Shown: positions 30,439 to 41,223, counted from the stretch's first letter. The stretch is 64,000 nucleotides of DNA from an uncultured Phycisphaerales bacterium (GCA_963758525.1 CAVWVQ010000003.1:2496001-2560000), one strand, 5' to 3'. The notes: generated from the sequence alone by a model not told the origin. A program made the numbers and translations.

Positions 30439-30482
30439 TTCGCTCGAACTGTTCATCGGCTTGGTCCGGGTAGACTGCGGTT

Positions 30483-31961
30483 ATGCACCCACAGACCTGC
30501 AAATCCTTCCGCATTCTGGTCGGCATGGAAATTCATGTCCAGCTCGACACGCAAAGCAAGATGTTCACCGGCGCGGCGAATGGATTCGGCGGGGAGCCTA
30601 ACACGCAGGTGGATGAACAGGTTCTGGGGTTACCGGGCGTACTGCCGGTGATGAATCGCAAGGCGGTCGAATACGCGATCAAAGCGGGATTGGCGCTGGG
30701 GTGCAGAATCGCCCGGCACACGAAATGGGATCGGAAAAGCTATTATTACCCCGATCTTCCGAAGAATTATCAGATCAGCCAGTACGACCTTCCGCTTTGC
30801 TGTGAAGGAACGTTTTCACTACCGATGGATGATGGGTCAATCAAAACGGTTCGGATTCGTCGCGCGCATCTGGAGGAAGACGCGGGGAAGCTGCTGCACG
30901 ATGCGCCCGGGGGTTATCGGATCGACTACAGCATTGTGGATTTGAATCGGGCGGGAACGCCATTACTGGAGATTGTCACGGAGCCGGATCTTTCCAGCGG
31001 CAAGGAGGTGGCGGCGTTTGGCCAGGAGTTGCAGAAGATCGTGCAGTTTCTGGGGGTGAGCCGGGGACAGATGCAAATGGGGCACATGCGATTTGAGCCG
31101 AATATCAATGTGCACATCACAGATGAACAGGGGCAGGTGTTCAAAACCGCGATTACCGAGATCAAGAACCTCAACAGTTTCAGTGTTTTGGAGCGCGCGA
31201 CCGACAGCGAGGTGCGCCGGCAGATTCGCGTCTGGGAGGAATCGGGTTCGCTGGGCCGCAAGAGCACCTACGGCTGGGACGAAGCAACGGAGTCGACGTA
31301 TTTTCAACGTTATAAGGAGGACTCGGGCGACTACCGGTATTTTCCCGATCCGGACCTGTGCCCGGTCGAAGTGAGCGATGCATGGCTTTCAGAACTCACC
31401 GCACAGATTGGCGAACTGCCGACGGTCCGCCGCCAGCGATACATTGACGCACTGGGGCTTTCCCCGGCCGATGCGGGAATTCTCGCCGGCGAGCGGGGAA
31501 TCGGGGATTACTTCGATGAGTCCGTCCGCCTGGGCGCCAGCCCGCGTCGGGCCTCGAATCTGGTCATTCATGTATTGACGCAAATCGCCAATCGCCGGCA
31601 GCTGCAGGTTGCGGCGCTCGGCATCGCTCCAGCCGCCTTGAGCCGGGTAGCGCTAATGATCGATCAGAATCAGCTCGCGCCCAGCAGCGCGCTTCCGCTG
31701 CTCGACGCGCTCAACCCGCAGTCGAGCGACATTGTCGCGCTTGCGGCATCGCTCGGTCTGCTGCAGGTGAGCGACAGCAGCGCCATCAATGCGGCGATCG
31801 AGGCAGTGATCGCGCAGAACCCCAAGGCGCTGCAGGACTACAAGGCCGGACGCCAGAGCGCGCTGGGAGCTGTGGTCGGTATGGTGATGAAGCAGACGAA
31901 GGGCCTGAACCCGAAAATGGTGCAGGAGCAGATTCGCCTCAAGCTCGCCTCGGGTAATTGA
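30483..31961 (+). CDS. gatB: Asp/Glu-tRNA amidotransferase subunit B
   Basis: VGMEIHVQL, LGLPGVLPVMN, DRKSYYYPDLPKNYQISQY, HLEEDAGK, DLNRAGTPLLEIVTEPD, DYRYFPDPDL. Confidence 0.97.
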   Translation: MHPQTCKSFRILVGMEIHVQLDTQSKMFTGAANGFGGEPNTQVDEQVLGLPGVLPVMNRKAVEYAIKAGLALGCRIARHTKWDRKSYYYPDLPKNYQISQYDLPLCCEGTFSLPMDDGSIKTVRIRRAHLEEDAGKLLHDAPGGYRIDYSIVDLNRAGTPLLEIVTEPDLSSGKEVAAFGQELQKIVQFLGVSRGQMQMGHMRFEPNINVHITDEQGQVFKTAITEIKNLNSFSVLERATDSEVRRQIRVWEESGSLGRKSTYGWDEATESTYFQRYKEDSGDYRYFPDPDLCPVEVSDAWLSELTAQIGELPTVRRQRYIDALGLSPADAGILAGERGIGDYFDESVRLGASPRRASNLVIHVLTQIANRRQLQVAALGIAPAALSRVALMIDQNQLAPSSALPLLDALNPQSSDIVALAASLGLLQVSDSSAINAAIEAVIAQNPKALQDYKAGRQSALGAVVGMVMKQTKGLNPKMVQEQIRLKLASGN

Positions 31962-32356
31962 AGAAAATCAAAAAATATTTCGTAATTCAGATGGGATCCT
32001 CGCACCCGATCCGCGAAGGAGTCTTGGAAGGGCCGCGATTACCGGACAAGCGTGTTCGCGGCGTCAAAAACGCTTTGTCCCGATAACCATCAGCTCGCCA
32101 CAATCCTCCAGTCCGCCTTAAGCGGCACAACTCTCCATCCGATTAGATCAGTGCAAGCAGAACCGGTTCCGCGGGCTATCCGCGGCGGATTTGCTCCGAG
32201 CGGAAGTGCGTGTGGGCACGGCCGGCGGATCCCGCAGGGGATAGCACTCGTGAGGACTCGGCCCGTTGGGCCGGGTAAAGGCGCTCGGCTTTGAGCTGCG
32301 GCCTTCGGTATGTTGCCGGCGCGAGACAACAGGTCGCCTTACTTTAGGAGAGCATC

Positions 32357-32524
32357 ATGAAGGCGATGAATCTTTTGTCGAAGTTGGTCAAAGACGAGCA
32401 GGGCGGCGAAGTTCTCGAGTACGCCCTGATCGCCGGTTTGATCGTTGTTGCAGCGATCGCGGCTATCACCTCCGTTGGGACCAAGGTCCTGGCCCGGTGG
32501 ACCTCGCTGAACAGCTCCATGTAA
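32357..32524 (+). CDS. flp: Flp/Fap pilin 1 (55 aa)
   Basis: Manual translation MKAMNLLSKLVKDEQG|GEVLEYALIAGLIVVAAIAAITSVGTKVLARWTSLNSSM*; AGGAG RBS; below the ORF-track length cutoff. Confidence 0.92.
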   Translation: MKAMNLLSKLVKDEQGGEVLEYALIAGLIVVAAIAAITSVGTKVLARWTSLNSSM

Positions 32525-32688
32525 TCAGCCACCAAACGCACCAGGGCCTCGGGGTTCTCGATCCTGGGGAGTTCTGGTCCCCGCGTCGGGGGCTGAGCAG
32601 ACCTCGAGGCCCGGAGCCGGCAATCCCGCCGGCCCGGGCCTGTGGTTTCGCCGTGACAGCGACGTCGCGGTCTATCTGAGGAGATGTC

Positions 32689-32862
32689 ATGGAACCATCT
32701 AAACGCACACTTTTGCGCAGGCTTCTTGTCGAGGAGCACGGCGGAGAGGTCATCGAATACGTCCTCATCGCGGGGCTCATTATCGTTGCGACCATCACCA
32801 CGATTGCCGCGTTCGGCACCAAGGTGATGGCGCGTTGGACTTCGGTCAATTCCTCGATGTAA
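32689..32862 (+). CDS. flp: Flp/Fap pilin 2 (57 aa)
   Basis: Manual translation MEPSKRTLLRRLLVEEHG|GEVIEYVLIAGLIIVATITTIAAFGTKVMARWTSVNSSM*; GAGGAG RBS; paralog of pilin 1. Confidence 0.9.
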   Translation: MEPSKRTLLRRLLVEEHGGEVIEYVLIAGLIIVATITTIAAFGTKVMARWTSVNSSM

Positions 32863-32887
32863 ACCGAATTACTCCGGACAGCGATCC

Positions 32888-33427
32888 ATGATCAGAGCCG
32901 CCATTGTCATCAAGTACGCTCCACTGATCGCGATGATCGCGACGGCGGCGATCACCGATCTGCGGGCCCGGCGCATTCCCAACTGGCTGACCTTCTCGAT
33001 GGTCATCGCCGGAGTGGCGCAGAGCTTTTTCTCGATGCGCACGGTGGGGCCCCTGGCTTCCCTGACCGGAATGATGACCGGATTCGCTTTAAGCTTCCTG
33101 ATGTTCGCGATCGGCGCGATGCTGGGAGGCGATGTGAAAATCATGGCCGGCGTGGGAGCGTGGGTCGGCCCGATGCCGGTTGTCGCGGTCTTTGCGATCA
33201 CCCAGGTTATCGGAATGGTCATTGTGCTGACACAGGCCGTCTATCAGGGACGGCTCCGTACGCTTCTGACCAACACGACCGTGCTGACGATCAACCTGGT
33301 GCACCTTCAGGATGTCGGAGTCGATCACGCCGTGGCCACCGGGCAATCGTGCCGGAGCCTGGATCGATACTTGCCGTTTGCCGTTCCGGTTCTTCTGGCC
33401 TTGCTCGTGATGCTGGCCACGCAATAG
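32888..33427 (+). CDS. cpaA: Prepilin peptidase CpaA/TadV (A24)
   Basis: AAITDLRARRIPNWL and GGDVKIMAGVG catalytic Asp motifs; LPFAVP. Confidence 0.92.
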   Translation: MIRAAIVIKYAPLIAMIATAAITDLRARRIPNWLTFSMVIAGVAQSFFSMRTVGPLASLTGMMTGFALSFLMFAIGAMLGGDVKIMAGVGAWVGPMPVVAVFAITQVIGMVIVLTQAVYQGRLRTLLTNTTVLTINLVHLQDVGVDHAVATGQSCRSLDRYLPFAVPVLLALLVMLATQ

Positions 33428-33448
33428 AGATAGAGGGAGTCGTCTGAC

Positions 33449-33937
33449 ATGGGTCATTTCAATCCATCATCCATCGTGCAAAGTCCTCCGAGCTGCAAAC
33501 GGCCGGCGCCGCGTCGCGCGGCGGCCACGCTCGAGCTGGCGCTGACGCTGGCCATCCTGGTCAATCTGACCTTCGGAATGGTCGAGTTTGGCTACTACTT
33601 CTTCGTGAAGAACACCATGCAGGGCGCCGCCAGGGAGGGCGCTTGCGCAGGAATCGTCTCGGGCGCGACCTACACCACGAGCATTACCACTGCCGTGCAG
33701 AACGCCATGTCGGCGGCGGGATTCAGCAATACCAGCAGGTATTCGTTTGCAGTCACCGATTCCACCACCGGCACAACGATTACAACCGACGCCGGGCTCG
33801 CGGCGGTGTCGAGCGGCGACGCGCTGCAAGTGAGCGTGTCAGCGACCTGGAGCACGATCGGCGCGGGATTCCGCCCGATGAATCTGATCGGTGGCAGCAA
33901 GATCGTGACAGGTACCGCGGTGATGCGCCACGAATAG
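33449..33937 (+). CDS. tadE: TadE-like pseudopilin
   Basis: RRAAATLELALTLAILVNLTFGMVEFGYYFF...AAREGA. Confidence 0.88.
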   Translation: MGHFNPSSIVQSPPSCKRPAPRRAAATLELALTLAILVNLTFGMVEFGYYFFVKNTMQGAAREGACAGIVSGATYTTSITTAVQNAMSAAGFSNTSRYSFAVTDSTTGTTITTDAGLAAVSSGDALQVSVSATWSTIGAGFRPMNLIGGSKIVTGTAVMRHE

Positions 33938-33979
33938 CTTTTTGCCGCTCCGTCTTTTCGCTCATTCATTTTTCAGAAC

Positions 33980-34010
33980 GCCCGCAACAGACCGCGGGCT
34001 TCGTTTTTTT
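33980..34010 (+). terminator. Putative intrinsic terminator between tadE and cpaB
   Basis: GCCCGC-AACAGACC-GCGGGC followed by TTCGTTTTTTT. Confidence 0.55.
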
Positions 34011-34150
34011 CCGGACGCTGCGTGCCCTTGCCGAGGCGTTCGGACTGATAACCAGAAAGTTACCGAAATTCTCTCATCCACTTAAACCGTGCAGACCGTC
34101 TGACCGAACTTGACAGTGACGGCAATTGCCGCCGCATCGGAGAACACTAT

Positions 34151-35070
34151 ATGAACCTGAAGCAGTCGATTCCTCTCGTCGCCGCCATTGGGCTGGGGCT
34201 CGTGGCAGCAAAGATCGCGCATGACATTTCCGCGAAGAAGAACGCGGTCCCTGACACGAAGACCGTGCAGGTGGTTGTCGCCAAGGAGCCGATCGGACCG
34301 GGCACCGCCCTGACGCCCGAGCTCCTGGATGTGACGCGCATTCCCGGCGAAACCATGCCGCCGGAAACCAGCTCTTCGGTCGACAGCCTCGTCGGCCGCG
34401 TCACGCTGGCTCCGCTGTTCGCCGGGCAGGCGGTACGCGGAGATTCCCTGGCGATGAAGGGATCGCCGGCAGGTCTGGCCTCCCTCGTGCCGACGGGCAT
34501 GCGCGCGATTTCCGTGGACGTCAACGAGACCAGCAGCGTTGCCGGCCTCCTCACGCCCGGCTGCCACGTCGACATCGTCTCGACGCTCGGCGTGGACAAC
34601 GATCACATGATCGCCCGCACCATCGCCCAGGATGTTCCGATCGTCGCGGTGGGTCAGCGCCTCAGCGCCAGCGCGCTGAAGGGGAAAAGGACACCGGCTA
34701 CCGCACCGTGACGATGCTCGCCACGCCTCACAATGCCGAGCTGATCGAGCTGGCGACCAATACATCGCGATGCCGCATGGTGCTGCGAGGCGCCGGCGAC
34801 AAGAGCCGCAATGACAGTGAAGGCGTCAGCTTCGTTGAGCTTCGCGGACATGCACAGACCGACGAGCAGCCGACTCCTGCGTTAAATGCCTCGCTCACCG
34901 GCCCGACGACTCAGAAATCCCCCGCGGCGCCCGAGTACTCGTCGGCGCGCATTCATCACACGACCGAAGTCATCCGAGCCGGCGCCGTGAGCAACGTGGA
35001 CTTTCAGTTCCCCGCGCCGACTCCCAACACCATGACGGATACGCCTCAGAAGTTCGCAAATCCGCAATAA
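34151..35070 (+). CDS. cpaB: Flp pilus assembly protein CpaB/RcpC (1-bp frameshift at G-run ~34681)
   Basis: SAF domain VVVAKEPIGPG; GMRAISVDV...VAGLLTPGCHVDIV. One extra G gives KGEKDTGYRTVTMLATP, joining ORF 34708..35070. Confidence 0.88.
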
Positions 35071-35119
35071 CAGCGATCTTTCGCTTCATCCCAAGGCTAC
35101 GCGATAAGGAAGCTCTCCC

Positions 35120-36619
35120 ATGAACAGCACCACCTCCCGCACCTGGCTCACTCTGCGTCGGACCGCCCCGCTGGCGGGTCTGCTCGCGGCCCTCTTCTGC
35201 TCCGCGGCGGCAGCAGACGCGCCACCCTCAACCACCCAGCCGGCCGAGTCGCTCGTCAGCGACGGTCTCAACGACCAGGGCGCGCTGAAGCTCACGGTCA
35301 ACAAGAGCGTGGTGCTTCATACCAAGGTGCTGCTGCGCCGCGTGAGCGTTGCTTCGCCCGACATTGCCGACGTCAATCTGGTCGGGCCGTCGGAGATGCT
35401 CATCCTCGCCAAGAAGGCGGGGGCCACGCAGATCATTCTCTGGGATGACGCGGATCACTCGCAGACGATCGAAGTGCAGGTGGTCATCGATCTCGACACG
35501 CTCAAGGAGCAGTTCGTCAAGAGCTTCCCCGACGCTGCCGTTGAAGCCACCGCGGCGGGCAACGCGGTGATCCTTCGCGGACGCGCGCCGAGCCTGCAGG
35601 TCGCCCAGCAGATGGCGCTGCTTGCCGCGGGATATTCGCCGCAGGTCGTCAACCTGCTGGAGGTCTCCGGCGGACAGCAGGTTGTGCTGAAGGTGCGCTT
35701 CGCGGAAGTATCGCGCCAGCTCACCACCAATCTGGGCTTTAACGCCTTCGCCACCGACGGCTCATTTACCGCGGGTATCAACAGCGGTCCCGGCAGCAGC
35801 CCGATCGGGGCGCTGGCAGAGGGAAGCCCGGCCGGGGTCAATCCGCTGGCGAATCTCTTTGGATCCGGCGGAGTGGGCAATGTGAAGTTCGAGCTGTTCC
35901 TCCAGGCGCTACGCAGCAACGGCCTGGTCCGCGATCTGGCCGAGCCAAACCTCATGGCGATGAGCGGACAGGAAGCCAGCTTTCTGGCCGGTGGTGAAAT
36001 TCCAATTCCGGTCCCGCAGCCCGGTTCGGGCGGCTCGACGATCACCATCGATTACAAGGAATTCGGCGTGCGTCTCAGCTTCCTCCCCATCGTCATGGGC
36101 GACGGACGCATCCGCCTTAAGGCCGCGCCGGAGGTCAGCGAACTTGACTACTCGCACGCCCTGGCGATTCCCGGAACCGGAGCGTCGGTCCCGGCCCTGA
36201 CCGAACGCCGGCTGCAGACCACCGTCGAACTCAGCGAAGGTCAGACCTTCGCGCTGGCCGGCTTGCTGCAGAACAACGTCAGCGCCAACAAGTCCGTGAC
36301 GCCGCTGCTGGGGGATATGCCGGTGCTTGGAGCGCTCTTTCGCTCCGTGCAGTACCAGCGGAACGAAACCGAGCTGGTGGTGCTGGTGACCCCGTATCTT
36401 GCGGGCGGGTTGAACCCCGACCAGATCCCCTCGGTCCCCGGCGAGCACTGGCGCTACCCGACCGAAGCCGAAGTGCTCCTGAACCAGGATCTGGGCGGAC
36501 CGGCGACCATCAACGACAAACCGCCCAAGGCGCTGGCGACGACCGGCCCGGTTGCGACCATCCACGGGAAGCATGGGTTCGCGCCGGTGGCTCAGACTGA
36601 TACGTCCGAGGCGAAGTAA
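35120..36619 (+). CDS. cpaC: Tad secretin CpaC/RcpA
   Basis: Signal peptide; RVSVASPDIADV, QQVVLKVRFAEVSR, LAEPNLMAMSGQEASFLAGGEIPIP, YKEFGVRL, PLLGDMPVLGALFRS, ETELVVLVTP. Confidence 0.94.
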   Translation: MNSTTSRTWLTLRRTAPLAGLLAALFCSAAAADAPPSTTQPAESLVSDGLNDQGALKLTVNKSVVLHTKVLLRRVSVASPDIADVNLVGPSEMLILAKKAGATQIILWDDADHSQTIEVQVVIDLDTLKEQFVKSFPDAAVEATAAGNAVILRGRAPSLQVAQQMALLAAGYSPQVVNLLEVSGGQQVVLKVRFAEVSRQLTTNLGFNAFATDGSFTAGINSGPGSSPIGALAEGSPAGVNPLANLFGSGGVGNVKFELFLQALRSNGLVRDLAEPNLMAMSGQEASFLAGGEIPIPVPQPGSGGSTITIDYKEFGVRLSFLPIVMGDGRIRLKAAPEVSELDYSHALAIPGTGASVPALTERRLQTTVELSEGQTFALAGLLQNNVSANKSVTPLLGDMPVLGALFRSVQYQRNETELVVLVTPYLAGGLNPDQIPSVPGEHWRYPTEAEVLLNQDLGGPATINDKPPKALATTGPVATIHGKHGFAPVAQTDTSEAK

Positions 36620-36677
36620 AAGGGACTCGGGTTATGCACCCGCGCAAAGTGGCGTGGGTTGCCGCGAGGGAACGCTC

Positions 36678-37805
36678 ATGTACGTGCAGCTCAATTGTGC
36701 AGTCTTGGATCCGGAGCCGGGAAACCGCCAGGAGTTGGCGAGTTTCCTCTCCCGGACCGGCCTCCACGCGGTCGCACAGTTGTCGGGCATCGAGCAGCTT
36801 GGCGCCCTGCTGAGCCGATCGGATGCACCACAACTGGTGATCGTGAATCTCGACCCTGCCGCACACGAGACGCTGCGGAAGCTGGGAAGTCTCCCGCGGC
36901 AGTATCCGACGGTCAGCTTCTTCGTCATGTCGCAGGTGCTCGACCCCAACCTGCTGATGGAGGCGATGCACCTGGGAGTGAAGGAGTTTATCCCGCTCCC
37001 GATGAGTGAGGACAAGCTGAATGCGGCGATCGAGCGCGTCGCGAACGGCATAGGAATGGGGAAACGCGCGAAAGTCGTGCACGTGATCCCGACCATCGGC
37101 GGATGCGGATCGACGACGGTCGCGTGCAATGTCGCTGCTGCCATGGCGAAGACGGGAAAAACGGCACTGATCGATCTGGACTTGATGCGCGGCACGGTTG
37201 CCAGTTCGTTTGACACGCGACCGCGCTACACGCTGGCGGACGTGATGGACTCGGCGGAGAAGGTGGACAAGCAATTGCTCGACAACGCCCTGACCATTCA
37301 CGCCAAGAGCGGCGTCGCGTTGCTGGCGCGTCCCGAATTGCCGGAGGACACGCAGCGGGTGAATGCCGCCGGCACGTCGCGGCTGCTGGGCGTCCTGGGG
37401 CGTATCTTCGATTACGTGGTGATCGACTCGCTGATGAGCATCGATCCGATCTACACGACGACTCTGGCGGCAGCGGAGATCAATCTCCTGGTGATGCAGC
37501 TCAACGTTCCCAGCGCCAAGAACGCCGAACGGTTTGTCGGGGCCCTGCGCCGGATGGGCGTCGAGGCCGACAAGATCCAGATCGTTGTGAACCGGTACGT
37601 GAAGAAGGGATGCGACATCGAGCCGGCGGAAGTCGAGAGAGCGCTGGGACTGAAGATCTCGTGGATGATCCCCAACGATTTCAAGAACGCCATCGGCGCG
37701 ATCAATTTCGGCGAGCCGGTCGTCCTCAGAGCGCCCAAGGCGGACATCAGCACCAGTCTTAGCGAACTGGCAGGGTCGTTGAACGGCCGAGTAAGTCAGA
37801 ACTAG
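36678..37805 (+). CDS. cpaE: CpaE/TadZ (receiver-like domain plus MinD-like ATPase)
   Basis: N-terminal REC-like domain (AMHLGVKEFI); degenerate P-loop GGCGSTTVACNVA, ALIDLDL, FDYVVID, IPND...AINFGEP. Confidence 0.88.
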   Translation: MYVQLNCAVLDPEPGNRQELASFLSRTGLHAVAQLSGIEQLGALLSRSDAPQLVIVNLDPAAHETLRKLGSLPRQYPTVSFFVMSQVLDPNLLMEAMHLGVKEFIPLPMSEDKLNAAIERVANGIGMGKRAKVVHVIPTIGGCGSTTVACNVAAAMAKTGKTALIDLDLMRGTVASSFDTRPRYTLADVMDSAEKVDKQLLDNALTIHAKSGVALLARPELPEDTQRVNAAGTSRLLGVLGRIFDYVVIDSLMSIDPIYTTTLAAAEINLLVMQLNVPSAKNAERFVGALRRMGVEADKIQIVVNRYVKKGCDIEPAEVERALGLKISWMIPNDFKNAIGAINFGEPVVLRAPKADISTSLSELAGSLNGRVSQN

Positions 37806-37841
37806 TGGCAAAGATCTGCTCAACCTGCGATCGAGGTACGT

Positions 37842-39302
37842 ATGGGATTGTTTTCAAAAAGCGGTAACGCGGCTGCGGTGGCGACGCCGCCCCCTGCGCC
37901 GGCCGCCCCCTCACCACTCTTCAGCGGCGGAAAGAGCCCGGCGCCGATCGTCGCGCCTCCAGCCCCCGTGAATACTCCAGCGCGCGCCTCGGCGCCGCTG
38001 ATCGCAACGCCGCAGCTTTCGGAACGGCAGATCTATCTGGGCCAGCTCAAGGTCCGCATCCATCAGACGCTGGTCACGCGTCTGGACGTGCAAAACATCC
38101 GCTCTCTTCCGCCGGAAACGGTGCGAGGCGAAGTCCGCTCGCTGGTGCGCGAATTGTGTCAGTCCGAGAAGGGACTGCTCAACAGCGCCGACCAGGAAAA
38201 GCTGATGGAAGACATCATGGACGAGACCCTGGGTCTTGGTCCGCTCGAGACGCTTCTGAAGGATCCGAGCATCGCCGACATCATGATCAACCGCTGCGAC
38301 CGAATCTACATTGAGCGGAAGGGTCGCATCGAACTGTCGGAAGTGCGCTTTCGCGACAACCAGCATTTGCGGCAGATCATCGATCGCATCGTCGGCCTGG
38401 TCGGGCGCCGCATCGACGAAACCAGCCCGATGGTCGACGCCCGTCTGCAGGACGGGAGCCGCGTCAACGCGATCATCCCGCCATTGGCGCTCGATGGGCC
38501 GGCCATGTCGATTCGCCGCTTCGGCGGCAAGCCGATGCAGCCCGAGGATCTCATCCGCCACGGAGCGTTTCCGCAGGCCGTGATGGAGTTTCTCGCGGCC
38601 GCGGCGCAGGCGCGTTGCAACATCCTCATCAGCGGAGGCACTGGCTCCGGCAAGACCACGCTGCTGAACGTGATGTCGCGCTACATCCCTGCCGACGAAC
38701 GCGTGATCACCATCGAAGATGCCGCGGAATTGCAGCTCCAGCAGCCGCACGTCGTGCGCCTGGAAACGCGCCCGATGAACCTTGAAGGCAAGGGTGAAGT
38801 CACCCAGCGGGACCTTGTCAAAAACTGTCTGCGCATGCGTCCCGACCGGATCATCATCGGCGAGTGCCGGGGTCCCGAAACGCTGGACATGCTGCAGGCG
38901 ATGAACACCGGCCACGATGGATCGATGACCACCATTCACGCGAACACTCCGCGCGATGCCATGGCCCGCCTGGAAGTCATGATCGCGATGGCCGGATATG
39001 ACATCCCGGTGCGGGCGCTTCGCTCGCAGGTCGCCAGCGCCATCAACATCATCGTGCAGGCGCGGCGGCTCACGGGCGGGAAGCGAAAGGTCGTATTCGT
39101 CACGGAGATCACCGGCATGGAAGGGGATCAGATCCAGATGCACGATCTGTTCCTCTTCGAGCAGGCCGGCGTGGATCCCGACGGTCATGCCCTGGGCAAA
39201 TTCATGGCCTGCGGCATCCGGCCGCGCGTCCTGGATCGAATCGAATCGCGCGGCCTGCGTTTGCCGGCGGACATGTTCCAACGGCGTGTTTTGGAAACCT
39301 AA
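37842..39302 (+). CDS. cpaF: Pilus assembly ATPase CpaF/TadA
   Basis: [71 protein letters not shown]. Confidence 0.96.
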   Translation: MGLFSKSGNAAAVATPPPAPAAPSPLFSGGKSPAPIVAPPAPVNTPARASAPLIATPQLSERQIYLGQLKVRIHQTLVTRLDVQNIRSLPPETVRGEVRSLVRELCQSEKGLLNSADQEKLMEDIMDETLGLGPLETLLKDPSIADIMINRCDRIYIERKGRIELSEVRFRDNQHLRQIIDRIVGLVGRRIDETSPMVDARLQDGSRVNAIIPPLALDGPAMSIRRFGGKPMQPEDLIRHGAFPQAVMEFLAAAAQARCNILISGGTGSGKTTLLNVMSRYIPADERVITIEDAAELQLQQPHVVRLETRPMNLEGKGEVTQRDLVKNCLRMRPDRIIIGECRGPETLDMLQAMNTGHDGSMTTIHANTPRDAMARLEVMIAMAGYDIPVRALRSQVASAINIIVQARRLTGGKRKVVFVTEITGMEGDQIQMHDLFLFEQAGVDPDGHALGKFMACGIRPRVLDRIESRGLRLPADMFQRRVLET

Positions 39303-39320
39303 GAGAGATCGAGGCAACCT

Positions 39321-40277
39321 ATGGACGGCATGATGATGCCCCTGATGATCGCGGCCTGCGTCGGACTTCTGGTCTGGTGGGCTACGGGTCTGATGGCCGG
39401 CGGCGGCGAAAAAAAGAAGCTCCAGGCCCGGCTGACTGGCGAAGGATCAAGCGATGCGGCAACGGAGCGCGGCCCCTCAATCATTCTCAGCAACACCACC
39501 GAGGCGATGCCCGAATTTCTTCGCGAGAAGCCGTGGGCCGTCAAGCTGCAGAGCGTTCTCAGCCAGGCGTATCCCGATGTTCAGCTGAAAAACTTTCTCA
39601 CCGTCGTGGTCTCGCTGATCGTGGCGGCATTCCTGATCGCTCTGCTGATCTCCGGCAACGCGTGGATCGGGCTGGGGGCGGGAGCGTTCTTCGCGTATGT
39701 GCCGTTCTTCTTCGTGTCGCGCAAGCGAGGTAAGCGTCAGCAGCTTATCAATATGCAGCTTCCCGAGGCGCTGGAATTCCTCTCCCGCGTCATGCGCGCC
39801 GGTCATAGCTTGAGCACCGGCCTGCAGATGATGGCCGACGAGCTGCCCAAGCCGCTCAGCGACGAATTTCGCCGCGCCTACGACCAGCACAGCCTCGGTC
39901 AGTCGCTTGAGGACGCGCTCAAGGGCGCCGCGACGCGGGTCAACTCCACGGACTTCGCGTTCTTCGTCACCTCGGTGCTGATCCAGCGCCAGACCGGCGG
40001 CGATCTGTCGGAAGTGCTCAACAACATCAGCAACATGATTCGCGGCCGAATTCATCTTCAGCAACACGTCAAAGCCAAGACCGCCGAGGGACGATTCACC
40101 GGCTACATCATGGTGGCGTTCCCCGCGGTGATGTTCTGCATCTGCTACTTCCTCAATCCCGACTATTGCGGCGTGTTGCTGCACACCAAGAGCGGAATGG
40201 AACTGCTGGCGCTGGCGTTTGGACTGCAGATGTCGGGGCTCTGGATGATTAACAAGATTACCACGGTGCGCGTATGA
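39321..40277 (+). CDS. tadB: TadB inner-membrane platform protein
   Basis: QLPEALEFLSRVMRAGHSL, IQRQTGGDLSEVL, KAKTAEGR. Confidence 0.93.
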   Translation: MDGMMMPLMIAACVGLLVWWATGLMAGGGEKKKLQARLTGEGSSDAATERGPSIILSNTTEAMPEFLREKPWAVKLQSVLSQAYPDVQLKNFLTVVVSLIVAAFLIALLISGNAWIGLGAGAFFAYVPFFFVSRKRGKRQQLINMQLPEALEFLSRVMRAGHSLSTGLQMMADELPKPLSDEFRRAYDQHSLGQSLEDALKGAATRVNSTDFAFFVTSVLIQRQTGGDLSEVLNNISNMIRGRIHLQQHVKAKTAEGRFTGYIMVAFPAVMFCICYFLNPDYCGVLLHTKSGMELLALAFGLQMSGLWMINKITTVRV

Positions 40278-41188
40278 ACGACCAAAGTACCCTATTGATG
40301 ATTTGCCTCGCGGGCGCGGTTGCCCTGGTCGGATTTTTTCTGACCCGCCTGATGGTCGGGAAGGGCGACGACCGGCTGCGGGATCGGCTCAGCAGCGGCG
40401 CCTACGACGACGACAAGCCCAAGCAGCGCAAGACCATGCGCCAGGTCGTCGAGCAGGTCGGGCAGGCCGCCGCCAAGCCCTTCATGCCCAACACCCGCGA
40501 AAAGCAGTCGGGAATGCGCGCCAACCTTGCCAGGGCCGGCATGTACAACCCTTCGGCCATCAAGATGGTCACCGGGTTCAAGGTCATCTTCCTGTGCGCG
40601 GGCCTGGCCCTCGGATATGGCTTGGGATCATACCTCGACAAGCCGATCCTCGGGTTCGCGGTCGGCGGGATCATCGGATACATCGCGCCGCAATTCTGGC
40701 TCAAGAGCAAGATCAAGAATAATCAACGTGCCCTGACCTACGGCCTGGCCGATGCGCTCGACCTCCTGGTGGTCTGCGTGGAAGCGGGACTGACGGTCGA
40801 CGGCGCCATGCAGCGCGTCGCGACCGATTTGACGATCGCCCACCCGGCCATCAGCCGCGAACTGGGAATCGCGCACATGGAAACCCGCGTCGGGCTCTCG
40901 CGAAGCGAGGCGCTGCGGAATCTGGGCGTTCGCACCGGCAACGAGCCGCTGCAGTCGCTGGCCGCGATGCTGATTCAAGCCGACAGATTCGGCACCAGCA
41001 TCGCGTCGGCGCTCCGCGTGCACTCCGATACGCTGCGTCAGAACCGCCAGCGCGCCGCCGAGGAGAACGCCGCCAAGGCGTCGGTCAAGATGAGCTTCCC
41101 GCTGGTTTTGTTCATCTTCCCCTCGACGTTCATCGTGCTGGTAGGTCCGACAATCATCAATTTGATGAATAGTGAACTGATGAAGTGA
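40274..41188 (+). CDS. tadC: TadC inner-membrane platform protein
   Basis: LADALDLLVVCVEAGL, QADRFGTSI, AEENAAKASVKMSFPLVLFIFP. Confidence 0.93.
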   Translation: MNDQSTLLMICLAGAVALVGFFLTRLMVGKGDDRLRDRLSSGAYDDDKPKQRKTMRQVVEQVGQAAAKPFMPNTREKQSGMRANLARAGMYNPSAIKMVTGFKVIFLCAGLALGYGLGSYLDKPILGFAVGGIIGYIAPQFWLKSKIKNNQRALTYGLADALDLLVVCVEAGLTVDGAMQRVATDLTIAHPAISRELGIAHMETRVGLSRSEALRNLGVRTGNEPLQSLAAMLIQADRFGTSIASALRVHSDTLRQNRQRAAEENAAKASVKMSFPLVLFIFPSTFIVLVGPTIINLMNSELMK

Positions 41189-41223
41189 TGCCGTCGCAAT
41201 CAAATGCCGACAGAAAGTGAGAA

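Noticed and set aside
32120..32330. c-di-GMP-I or -II riboswitch before flp
   Set aside because: Fragments resemble the consensus (GGCAC...AGTGCAA; GGTAAA...GTTGCCG), but the required stems, GNRA loop/receptor and GGAG elements are missing.
34675..34711. Programmed frameshift or split cpaB gene
   Set aside because: It is one of many single-base losses in homopolymer runs across unrelated genes; sequencing error is more parsimonious.
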